From Phormidesmis sp. (GTDB lineage: Bacteria > Cyanobacteriota > Cyanobacteriia > Leptolyngbyales > Leptolyngbyaceae): a stretch of 64,000 bases of DNA. Location of the stretch: NCBI GenBank assembly GCA_965248535.1, contig CBDFJR010000002.1, positions 2,048,001 through 2,112,000 of the forward strand. The letters are read 5' to 3'. Both the position numbers and the translations under genes were made by a program. Shown here piece after piece: positions 10,021 to 18,588 of this stretch (its first letter is position 1; each line of letters opens with the position of its first letter). Below the pieces are notes generated by a model. That model did no database searches. It was not told where the DNA came from and saw only the letters and a program-made list of their open reading frames with translations.

Positions 10021-11502
10021 CTATTGACCGAAGAGTCTAAAAATACCCAGCAATCCTGTAAACGGCGATAAGATTGAGCCGAGGGTGGTTGAGATGCCCG
10101 CCAACGCTGACTTTCTGACCACGATCGTGTCATTGTTTCGCAGGGCTGGGTTGTTCTGTTCGCTCAGACCTTGAGCAAAATCAACCGAAATATCTCGCTT
10201 AGTCACCGTTCCATTTGGGTTGAGGCGAATCAGGGTGACCGATCCTTTGCGGGCCCGATCGTTAAACCCGCCCGCCGCCAACAACCCTTGATTGAGGGGC
10301 GCATTTGGCGAAATCGTCACAGTTCCGGGTCGCCCCACTTCTCCCACCACGTTGATGCTGATTTGATTGGTCGAAAAACTAGCGCTGGCAATGCGAGTCG
10401 CTTCTTGATCATTGAGGCTGGTCGCTGTCGGAATCTCGATCGTGTCCCCTTCTTGAAGCGGCACGTCTTGGCGCAGATCACCCGCCGCCAGCAGCTTCCA
10501 AAAATCGACGTTAATCGTTTGAATCGCCCCCGATTGCGTCAGTCGCCGCACCTGAATCTTGCGGACATCAGCCGTCTGAGTGATGCCCCCCGCTGTCTGA
10601 ATCGCACGGGTCACACTCGTCGCTTGCAGCGTTGGCGTATTGCCCTCACTGCCACCACTCCCCGCCTGAGCGATCGTATAAGGGCCCGGACGGTTGACTT
10701 CTCCCACCACAGCAATCTTGATCGGACGAGTCGTGCTGGTGGCAAAGTTAGCCGACGCTAATCGCCTCATGCCGTTGAGATCGACCTGAGAATTAGTGGG
10801 AACCAAAACGCTGTCACCATCGCGCAATCGCAGATCTTGCCGCCCATCTCCGGTTTGCAAAAGCTGCCCCAGACTGACTGTAATCATCTCGTCTCCACCC
10901 TGGCTCGCCGATCGCGGGCGACGAATCTGCACCCGATCGATATCGGCTGCCTGAGTCACCCCTTCAGCCAACTGCAAAACTCGCGTCAACCGAGGAATGC
11001 CGCCCTCAGCAGGCACCGCATAAGACCCCGGACGATTGACTTCACCTGCGATCGCCACGGTCACAGGGCGCGCTGCTGTCAAACTAACCGTGACGATCGG
11101 GCGGGTCAAAATAGCATCAAATCGTTTTGAGATCTCGGCAGCCGCCTGCTTGAGCGTTCGACCCTGCAAAGAGACAGATCCAACCTGCGGAAAGTTGACC
11201 ACCCCATTGGGCAACACCTGATAATCATTGGTGAACTCTGGCACGCTAAAAAAATCAACGCGGATGCGATCGCCCGCATCCAAAAGATAGCCATCGTCTT
11301 CGGCGGGCGCTGCCACACTCGCGGGCGCTGGCATATTGACAGGTGCGGGGTTTGGCTGCACACGAGCCAGCACGATCGCCGGAGAAAGGCAAACAGTTGC
11401 CACCAGCAGCCCCAGCGTCGATTGACAAATTAAACTGAGTTGTGAGCGAACGCGAGTCACCATAAATCTTCTTACAGATACGGAGTCCTTTGTCTTCTTC
11501 AT
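10021..11502 (-). CDS. wza: Polysaccharide export protein Wza/KpsD-type with SLBB domains (start uncertain, ATG 11463 possible)
   Basis: Signal-like N-terminus, YLLDAGDRI poly-export domain, three GEV.RPG SLBB repeats, amphipathic C-terminal helix. Confidence 0.85.
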   Translation of the reverse strand: MKKTKDSVSVRRFMVTRVRSQLSLICQSTLGLLVATVCLSPAIVLARVQPNPAPVNMPAPASVAAPAEDDGYLLDAGDRIRVDFFSVPEFTNDYQVLPNGVVNFPQVGSVSLQGRTLKQAAAEISKRFDAILTRPIVTVSLTAARPVTVAIAGEVNRPGSYAVPAEGGIPRLTRVLQLAEGVTQAADIDRVQIRRPRSASQGGDEMITVSLGQLLQTGDGRQDLRLRDGDSVLVPTNSQVDLNGMRRLASANFATSTTRPIKIAVVGEVNRPGPYTIAQAGSGGSEGNTPTLQATSVTRAIQTAGGITQTADVRKIQVRRLTQSGAIQTINVDFWKLLAAGDLRQDVPLQEGDTIEIPTATSLNDQEATRIASASFSTNQISINVVGEVGRPGTVTISPNAPLNQGLLAAGGFNDRARKGSVTLIRLNPNGTVTKRDISVDFAQGLSEQNNPALRNNDTIVVRKSALAGISTTLGSILSPFTGLLGIFRLFGQ

Positions 11503-11816
11503 ACAAAAGACTCAGCAAATATCCGGGCAGTTTGCGTCAAAGGTAAAAAACCACCCTCTAGTCAGCGAGTAAATTCACGGGGCTTACGCAAGAGCCAAAG
11601 ATTCTATGAAGTGCCCTATCTAACCCAGTGTTGAATCTGTCTTTATCGTTATGATCCATTTCAAACCCAGAGATTATTCCTCTCTGAGACAGACTCAGCG
11701 ATTTATGAAACTCTCCTGATCCACAGTGCAGGTTCTGTAAAAACAAAAAGATGAGCACTTCTTGAGAGCGTTCTAAAAATTGGGTAGCACTCAGGCACTC
11801 CAGTCGTGGAAAACGT

Positions 11817-13304
11817 TTGACTAACATGGATTCGACCACCAAACGAGCAGTCGGTTCGGTCTGGCACCCTCGCCATCTTGCCCGAACCCCTTTAAAACAG
11901 CGGAAACCATCACTGGTTGCCCAAGATGATCGCGATAGACTCAGGAGCTTGAAACCGATGACTGAGTTTCATCACCCAGAAGAACAAGGGCACAGCGTTG
12001 ATCCGCCTGTGAACGCTGCTCAGGAAATGCTGAATGGCACTCCTAAAGATAAGCTTAGGAAAGCAATTTCACCCGATCGAGAACCTGCGTCTGAGCCGAC
12101 GAGGGAGATCACGTCATCCTCGACCGAGGCGGCCCCTTACGAACGACTCCAGCAGGGCCCAATCACTTATTTTCGCTACTATTTTGAAGACGCAGGACAG
12201 CCAACCTATCTGACTTCATCCCCCGTTGATCTGCCGCCGCAAAAAAGAAATATGCTGCCGCTCTATCTGGCAGGCGGTGGGGTTTTAGGAGCGACATTGA
12301 TCTCTGGGTTTGTGATCGCGGGTTTAGCCAATAATGCCAAAGCGCCCAGTCAAAAGGGCGCAACCGACTCTAAAGTTAAGCAAACGCCTGCGCCAAAGCT
12401 GATTCAGCCGCAGGTTGCGTCTCCAGAAGTGGTGCCACCCTCGCGATCGTCCCCCACAAAACCAGCCCAATCCCCTCAAAAAACCCCAGCTAAAAAACCC
12501 GCCGTGCCCACGGTGCGATCGTCGGCAGATAATCAAATTCAGCAGGCGCTGATGGTGCCTCAACCGTTGCCCGTGCCGCCGCTCCCGATCGTTTCGGTGC
12601 CGATCGCTCAGACCGTTTCAATCCCGCTGCCTGCGCCAATCATTCAGCCTTTGGCTCGGCAGGTCACGCCTCCCGCGCCAGCGCCAGCAACACCAACGCC
12701 TCCGGCACCGCTGGCTGCAAAGTCGCTGCCTGTGTTGGTCGCCAACTCATCTCCTATGCCCCCAAGTTCTGCGTCGCCTGCGCTGGCTCAATCCGGTACG
12801 GCATCAGTAGCCCCGATCGCTGATGCCCGCTGTTTAACGGCAGCTTCTGGGACTTCTTTAGCGGCTCCTGATCAAGCGATCGCCGTTCAGTCGTCCATGC
12901 TGGTTTCTGCGCCAGAAAATGTAGCGATGCCGACAGCAAACCGCAAGTCTCAAGCAGATAAAGTTGCGGTGACGGGAGCGATCGCAGACAGTGCGGCCCA
13001 AGCCTCCTCTGTTCAAGATGCAGAGAAAGATCTGCAAGCGTTTTTAGAGATTCCGCAGCGCTTTCCCAGCAGTGCGGGGCTGGCGGTGATGCCGTTGCCC
13101 TGTCAGTTAGCTCAGACAGCGACGACTAAACAGCAGGTGGCTGAGTTTAAGGTCGTTCGCCTCAGCCCTCAAGACTATCAAAAACGCTGGAAACTCAGCA
13201 GCAACAACCCTCAAGCGCTGACCCCGATCTATGGATTCGTGGATTATAAACAGCAATCCGTTGTGCTGTTAAGCGCCAAAGAAGAAAAAGTATCCAAGCT
13301 TTAA
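11817..13304 (+). CDS. Hypothetical Pro/Ala-rich single-pass membrane protein (start uncertain)
   Basis: 495-aa ORF; one hydrophobic helix (LYLAGGGVLGATLISGFVIAGLA), long Pro-rich linker, compact C-terminal region. Confidence 0.7.
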   Translation: MTNMDSTTKRAVGSVWHPRHLARTPLKQRKPSLVAQDDRDRLRSLKPMTEFHHPEEQGHSVDPPVNAAQEMLNGTPKDKLRKAISPDREPASEPTREITSSSTEAAPYERLQQGPITYFRYYFEDAGQPTYLTSSPVDLPPQKRNMLPLYLAGGGVLGATLISGFVIAGLANNAKAPSQKGATDSKVKQTPAPKLIQPQVASPEVVPPSRSSPTKPAQSPQKTPAKKPAVPTVRSSADNQIQQALMVPQPLPVPPLPIVSVPIAQTVSIPLPAPIIQPLARQVTPPAPAPATPTPPAPLAAKSLPVLVANSSPMPPSSASPALAQSGTASVAPIADARCLTAASGTSLAAPDQAIAVQSSMLVSAPENVAMPTANRKSQADKVAVTGAIADSAAQASSVQDAEKDLQAFLEIPQRFPSSAGLAVMPLPCQLAQTATTKQQVAEFKVVRLSPQDYQKRWKLSSNNPQALTPIYGFVDYKQQSVVLLSAKEEKVSKL

Positions 13305-13501
13305 AGGCGAGATTTTTCGATAGAAACCGGGGTTCTGAGGGAAAGGGTGCCGCGATCGCGCCTATCTCTAGCAGCACTGCGGTTTTTGCATGGGAGCGAT
13401 CGCTCCGCAAAGTTGGCGCAATTGCGAACAACTGTAACAGTTCGGTCAGGGAGGTAAACCCTCAGTGATAGGATGCCTAAAAACGTTTAGAGCGAGACAT
13501 T

Positions 13502-13927
13502 ATGTCAGAAACTCTTACTGGACAAGCCCCTTTGTTCGGTGGCAGTACAGGTGGACTGCTGACCAAGGCCCTAGTAGAAGAAAAGTACGCGATTACCTGG
13601 ACTAGTCCTAAAGAACAGGTGTTTGAGATGCCGACTGGCGGCGCTGCAACCATGCACGCAGGCGACAACCTTTTATACCTTGCTCGCAAGGAACAGGCGA
13701 TCGCTTTAGGCGGTCAACAGCTTCGCGCTAAGTTCAAGATCACCAACTACAAGATCTACCGAATCTTCCCGAACGGTGAGATTCAGTATCTTCACCCCGC
13801 CGATGGTGTGTTTCCCGAAAAGGTCAACCCTGGTCGGGTGGCGGTCAATAGCGTTCCGCGCAACATTGGCTCCAACACAGAACCCGCCAAAATTAAGTTC
13901 AGCAGCCGCAAACCCTTTGATCCTTAA
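13502..13927 (+). CDS. psaD: Photosystem I subunit II
   Basis: [47 protein letters not shown]. Confidence 0.98.
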   Translation: MSETLTGQAPLFGGSTGGLLTKALVEEKYAITWTSPKEQVFEMPTGGAATMHAGDNLLYLARKEQAIALGGQQLRAKFKITNYKIYRIFPNGEIQYLHPADGVFPEKVNPGRVAVNSVPRNIGSNTEPAKIKFSSRKPFDP

Positions 13928-13960
13928 TCTGAGGATGGCGGCTTCTTAATGTTTACGAGC

Positions 13961-14013
13961 GTTCAGGAGTCAGATTTCAGTCATTCGTGCCTGGGGTTTG
14001 GCTCCTGAATTTT
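13961..14013 (+). terminator. Hairpin/terminator after psaD
   Basis: TTCAGGAGTCAGA ... TTTGGCTCCTGAA followed by a T-rich tract. Confidence 0.55.
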
Positions 14014-14073
14014 CGTTTTTTGGAAGTCAGCTTTAGCCCCTAACGCCCCGTCTCTCCCTGTACAATTGAGACC

Positions 14074-15609
14074 ATGATTTTTCCAGACTTTTCTCAGTTT
14101 TCACAACTCGCCCAGCAGGGTAACTTTGTCCCGGTCTATCAAGAATGGGTCGCTGACTTAGACACGCCTGTCTCAGCCTGGTATCGAGTCTGTGCAGGGC
14201 AACCTTACAGCTTTTTGTTAGAGTCGGTCGAAGGGGGAGAGACGCTGGGCCGCTATAGTCTGTTGGGCTGTGACCCTCTGTGGATTTTAGAAGCCAGAGG
14301 CGATCGCACGACTCAAACCCATCGAGATGGCTCTCAGCAGGTGTTTGAGGGCGACCCGTTTGAGACATTATCTCAGTGCCTTGCGCCCTTTCAGCCTGTC
14401 AAACTCCCTCAGCTACCGCCAGGAATTGGGGGGCTGTTTGGCTTTTGGGGCTATGAATTAATTAACTGGATTGAGCCTCGCGTCACCATTCATCCGGCAA
14501 CCGAGACAGACTTGCCTGATGGGCTGTGGATGCAGGTCGATCAGGTGCTGATCTTTGACCAGGTGAAACGCAAAATTTGGGCTGTCGCCTACGCCGATCT
14601 GCGCGATCCCCACGTCGATCGGGCAGCCGCCTATCAGCAAGCCTGCGATCGCGTCACCCAACTCGTTCACAAGCTCCAGTCGCCTTTGTCTGAGCAAGCC
14701 ACCCTGCTGTCGTGGAACTCTCCTGAATCGGGGAACCGTGACCAGATTGTGTCGCTCACCAGCAACACTACTAAAGAAGCCTTCTGCGCCAACGTTGAGA
14801 CAGCCAAAGCCCACATCAAAGCGGGCGATATTTTTCAGGTTGTGATCTCTCAACGACTGTCATCAGACTATGATGGCGACCCGTTTGGGTTGTATCGATC
14901 GCTGCGGCTGATCAATCCGTCGCCCTACATGGCTTATTTTAACTTTGGCGACTGGCAGATCATTGGCTCTAGCCCCGAAGTCATGGTCAAAGCAGAGCGC
15001 CTCGATCCGAGTGGGCCTAAAATTGCGACGGTGCGCCCGATCGCCGGAACCCGTCGCCGCGGCAAAACGCCTCAAGAAGATGACGCTTTAGCTGAAGATC
15101 TGATGCAAGACCCTAAAGAAGTTGCCGAACACGTCATGCTCGTAGACTTGGGGCGCAATGACCTAGGGCGAGTCTGCGTTAACGGCAGCGTCAAAGTAGA
15201 CGAACTGATGGTGATCGAGCGCTATTCTCACGTCATGCACATCGTCAGCAACGTCGTCGGCGAACTTGCCCCCGACAAAACCGCGTGGGATTTGCTGAAA
15301 GCTTCCTTCCCGGCTGGGACGGTGAGCGGAGCACCTAAGATTCGAGCCATGCAAATTATTCATGATTTAGAATCCTGTCGTCGAGGAGTATACTCTGGAG
15401 CCTATGGCTATTATGACTTTGAGGGTCAACTGAATACAGCGATCGCGATTCGCACCATGGTCGTTCGATCTCAAGGTGGCGGCAAACACACGGTCAGCGT
15501 TCAAGCCGGAGCCGGATTGGTGGCCGATTCTGAACCCGAAAAAGAATATGAAGAAACTCTCAGCAAAGCCAGAGCCTTACTAGAAGCCATCCGGTGTTTA
15601 GCCGATTGA
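14074..15609 (+). CDS. trpE: Anthranilate synthase component I
   Basis: LLESVEGGE..GRYS, GDIFQVV.SQR, NPSPYM, SSPE, RPIAGT, EHVMLVDLGRND, GAPKIRAM. Confidence 0.96.
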   Translation: MIFPDFSQFSQLAQQGNFVPVYQEWVADLDTPVSAWYRVCAGQPYSFLLESVEGGETLGRYSLLGCDPLWILEARGDRTTQTHRDGSQQVFEGDPFETLSQCLAPFQPVKLPQLPPGIGGLFGFWGYELINWIEPRVTIHPATETDLPDGLWMQVDQVLIFDQVKRKIWAVAYADLRDPHVDRAAAYQQACDRVTQLVHKLQSPLSEQATLLSWNSPESGNRDQIVSLTSNTTKEAFCANVETAKAHIKAGDIFQVVISQRLSSDYDGDPFGLYRSLRLINPSPYMAYFNFGDWQIIGSSPEVMVKAERLDPSGPKIATVRPIAGTRRRGKTPQEDDALAEDLMQDPKEVAEHVMLVDLGRNDLGRVCVNGSVKVDELMVIERYSHVMHIVSNVVGELAPDKTAWDLLKASFPAGTVSGAPKIRAMQIIHDLESCRRGVYSGAYGYYDFEGQLNTAIAIRTMVVRSQGGGKHTVSVQAGAGLVADSEPEKEYEETLSKARALLEAIRCLAD

Positions 15610-15656
15610 AAAACCTCCGAATCCTTTAAAGAAGTCAAGGTCTTAGTTTGAACCAC

Positions 15657-16271
15657 TCAGCGTCTTTTTGACAGCCAGCTTGCTGCTAAGATGCCGCCCA
15701 AAAATCCAAACAGGTGCCCCTCCCAAGAAATGCCGATGCGGGTCGGCAACACGCCCCAAATCAGTCCACCATATAGCAGGGCAACCGCCAGAGACAGAGC
15801 CACTGCCAAAGCACTTCGCTCAAAATAAGCCCGTGACAGCAAAAACCCAAAATAGCCAAAAATCACGCCACTCGCGCCCAGATGAATGCCCGCCGCCCCA
15901 AATAGCCAAACTCCTAAACCGCTAGCCAGGGCCACGATCGTCGAAACCAGAAAAAAGTCACTCGTTTCACGCAGCATCACAAACCAGCCCAGTGTGATAA
16001 AAGGAATGGTGTTGCTAATCAAGTGCGGAAAGTTGCTGTGGAGAAACGGCGCAAACAAAATCCCCCGCAGCCCGATGCCAGTGCGGGGAATGATGCCATA
16101 AAAGTTAAGTCTGCCGCCCAGAAAGACATCAATAATTTCGATAACCCAGAGCAGCCCTACAATGCCGCCCAAAATGCCAACGTGCGTCTTGATTTCGTGG
16201 CTGATCGACCTAGGATCATTTGGATCAGTGCGGCGCATTCGGAAACGACTCCAGAGATAGGGAGATTTCAT
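15657..16271 (-). CDS. Rhomboid family intramembrane serine protease
   Basis: PFLH..HL..N, GASG catalytic Ser, SWEGHLFG catalytic His. Confidence 0.9.
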   Translation of the reverse strand: MKSPYLWSRFRMRRTDPNDPRSISHEIKTHVGILGGIVGLLWVIEIIDVFLGGRLNFYGIIPRTGIGLRGILFAPFLHSNFPHLISNTIPFITLGWFVMLRETSDFFLVSTIVALASGLGVWLFGAAGIHLGASGVIFGYFGFLLSRAYFERSALAVALSLAVALLYGGLIWGVLPTRIGISWEGHLFGFLGGILAASWLSKRR

Positions 16272-16326
16272 TCCTTTCTAGCACAGTCTCTTTGATCCCT
16301 TCAGATTTGCTAGGCAGCGCCATGAC

Positions 16327-17202
16327 TTAGACCGCCACAGGAGATTGCTGTTGGGCCATTTCTAACAGGCGACGAATCCGTTCTTCGGTAGAGGGATGAG
16401 TGCGAAAAAGAGACTGCAAGCCTCCAGCCGACAGTGGATTAATAATCAGCAGCGGTGACATCGCCGGATTGCCATTCATCGGAATCTGATGACCAACTTC
16501 CTCTAGTTTTTGCAACGCTCTCGCTAACGCTTGAGGATTGTGGGTGATCTGCGCCGAACCCTGATCGGCTGAAAACTCACGAGTTCGAGAAATCGCTAGC
16601 TGAATGATGGCGGCTGACAGAGGCGCAAGCACGATCAAAAACAGCAGACCGAGAGGATTAGTGCCGCGACGATCGTCGCGATAAACCGGCCCATACAACG
16701 CCCCAAAGGTGAGCATTCGTCCTAAAAATGTGATGGCTCCAGCGATCGTGCCCACCACCGCCTGAGTCAACGTGTCGCGATTTTTGACGTGGGTGAGTTC
16801 GTGCGCCAAAACCCCCTCTAACTCTTCAGGGGTCAACAAGTCTACAATCCCTTGAGTGACCGCGATCGCCGCATGGTTGGGATCACGCCCCGTGGCAAAA
16901 GCGTTAGGTGACTGCGTGGGCACAAAAAACAGCTTAGGCATGGGAATGTCTGCCCGATCGCTGAGTTTCGCCACCATGTCAAACAATTCGGGGGCTTCAT
17001 CTCGCTCGATCGGTTGGGCTGCATAGGCCGCGAGTGCAGCTTTATCAGAGTAATACCAAGAGCCGATGCTGCTCATGGCGGCAAAGGTCAGGCCTAGATA
17101 AAGACCCTGTTCGTCACCGATGAGATAATATCCGCCCAGCACTAGCAATCCACTCAGCAGTCCTAGCAGTGCAACTGTTTTGATCTCGTTGATCCCAAGC
17201 AT
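16327..17202 (-). CDS. htpX: Zinc metalloprotease HtpX (M48)
   Basis: PNAFATGR, HELTH zinc motif, SRTREFSAD, THPSTEERI. Confidence 0.92.
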   Translation of the reverse strand: MLGINEIKTVALLGLLSGLLVLGGYYLIGDEQGLYLGLTFAAMSSIGSWYYSDKAALAAYAAQPIERDEAPELFDMVAKLSDRADIPMPKLFFVPTQSPNAFATGRDPNHAAIAVTQGIVDLLTPEELEGVLAHELTHVKNRDTLTQAVVGTIAGAITFLGRMLTFGALYGPVYRDDRRGTNPLGLLFLIVLAPLSAAIIQLAISRTREFSADQGSAQITHNPQALARALQKLEEVGHQIPMNGNPAMSPLLIINPLSAGGLQSLFRTHPSTEERIRRLLEMAQQQSPVAV

Positions 17203-17403
17203 GGCTTTTCCCAAAACGCTTTGATGACTTTCTCAACGTCTCAGATTTAGAACCCCTTGAAATCTATCGGATGAGTGAAATGAAGGATTACTCAATGAGC
17301 CGAAGGCTTGGCGATCGGGCAAGATTGTCTAGGTGAAGAAAGATTAAATGATGTCGGTGATTATGGCTGCAATAACAAGTTGGGCAATGAGATAGCTGTA
17401 CCT

Positions 17404-17454
17404 TTACTCCTCTGTTGAGCAGCAAATAGAACCCGGTAGATTCAGTTGTCCCAT
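17404..17454 (-). pseudogene. Stub of a truncated PIN toxin gene
   Basis: Reads MGQLNLPGSICCSTEE*; starts like the intact PIN (MGQLTIPP) and overlaps the upstream antitoxin stop with the same 13-bp geometry. Confidence 0.6.
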
Positions 17455-17672
17455 GAGGATCTCTCTTCCTGCAAGTATTGATCGACTTCTTCTGGGGTGT
17501 GGAAGAGTTGTTGTCCGGGCGCTTCGTTGAGAAGGTCGATGATCGACTGTTTGGGTTGTGGGGTTGTTGAAAGAAGGCGCGATCGCACGAGGTTTTGCTC
17601 TGCGGGTGAGAGTGCATGAATTGCCTGAATGAGCGACTCAACAAGCTGAAAGTTAATGGTTGTACTGTTCAT
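17442..17672 (-). CDS. Putative antitoxin (orphan), related at the C-terminus to 18230..18469
   Basis: C-terminus F.T.EEVDQYLQEERSSWDN matches F.S.EEIDRNLQMERDSWDS; uses the duplicated RBS/ATG. Confidence 0.7.
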   Translation of the reverse strand: MNSTTINFQLVESLIQAIHALSPAEQNLVRSRLLSTTPQPKQSIIDLLNEAPGQQLFHTPEEVDQYLQEERSSWDN

Positions 17673-17791
17673 AGATTTTTTCCTTGATACATTTTTAGTT
17701 TTTAATGCTCGATCGCCCCTAGTGCTTTCAGCGTTGCTTTTTCTGCTTCAGTCAAGCCTTTGACTCCCGTGATGTTCATGCCTTCATAAGG
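17670..17791 (-). repeat. 122-bp direct repeat copy A (relic NACHT-WD40 3' end plus downstream RBS/ATG)
   Basis: Aligns ungapped to 18467..18588 with 6 mismatches by manual comparison. Confidence 0.95.
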
Positions 17792-17801
17792 GCGATCGCG
17801 T

Positions 17802-18242
17802 TTATGCATTCAAAACATCCTTAAGCACCACTACAGACAACCCTGGAACCGTTCGCAAGCCACCATCGTTAGTCAAGAAAAGGGTACAACCTAGACTGAG
17901 TACAGTGGCAGCATGGATGGCATCAGGTGTTTTTAGATGAGTGATCGCACGCAGATTGGCAGCAGATCTGAGAATATCTTGGCTAATTGCAACGAGATGG
18001 ATATCGTCTCTGAACAGATCTTCATAGATTTCAATCAGTGATGTATTGCTGTTTTTGAGTGGAGAGACGAGGGTTTCTAGCAAAAGCAGTTCACTACTAA
18101 CGATGTTAACTTCGTTGGCTTGGGATTTAGCCCACAGGGGCTGAAGCAGTGTCCAGTAGTCTAGATTAATCTCGACACTGTAAATAACGGGTGCAGTATC
18201 GACATAAACAGTTGCATCTGGAGGAATGGTTAGCTGTCCCAT
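17802..18242 (-). CDS. PIN domain (VapC-like) toxin
   Basis: VYVDTAPVIY, ELLLLETLV, LKTPDAIHAAT, FLTND acidic PIN residues. Confidence 0.9.
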   Translation of the reverse strand: MGQLTIPPDATVYVDTAPVIYSVEINLDYWTLLQPLWAKSQANEVNIVSSELLLLETLVSPLKNSNTSLIEIYEDLFRDDIHLVAISQDILRSAANLRAITHLKTPDAIHAATVLSLGCTLFLTNDGGLRTVPGLSVVVLKDVLNA

Positions 18243-18469
18243 GAATCTCGCTCCATTTGCAGATTGCGATCGATTTCTTCAACGCTTCGGAAAGGACCTA
18301 GTTTGTGAGCAGCGTCCAAAATTTCTAAGGCTCTGCGTTTTGAAGCCGTTGGCTTCTCTGGCAACATCACGATGACTTCGATGTCTTCACCGATTTCCCC
18401 TTCAGGGATTTCAATTTCAATTTTATTACCTGGAAGAATTTTAGTTATCACACGTAAAGCAGCTTGCAT
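18230..18469 (-). CDS. Putative antitoxin for the PIN toxin
   Basis: 79 aa, directly upstream of and overlapping the PIN gene; beta-rich N-terminus (GNKIEIEIP..GEDIEVIV). Confidence 0.75.
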   Translation of the reverse strand: MQAALRVITKILPGNKIEIEIPEGEIGEDIEVIVMLPEKPTASKRRALEILDAAHKLGPFRSVEEIDRNLQMERDSWDS

Positions 18470-18588
18470 AGATTTTCTCCTTGATACATTTTTAGTTTTT
18501 AATGCTCGATCGCTCCTAGCGCTTTCAGCGTAGCTTTTTCTGCTTCAGTTAAGCCTTTGACTCCCGTGATGTTCATGCCTTCATAGGG
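18467..18588 (-). repeat. 122-bp direct repeat copy B (actual NACHT-WD40 3' end plus RBS/ATG)
   Basis: Encodes PYEGMNITGVKGLTEAEKATLKALGAIEH* and the following intergenic sequence. Confidence 0.95.
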
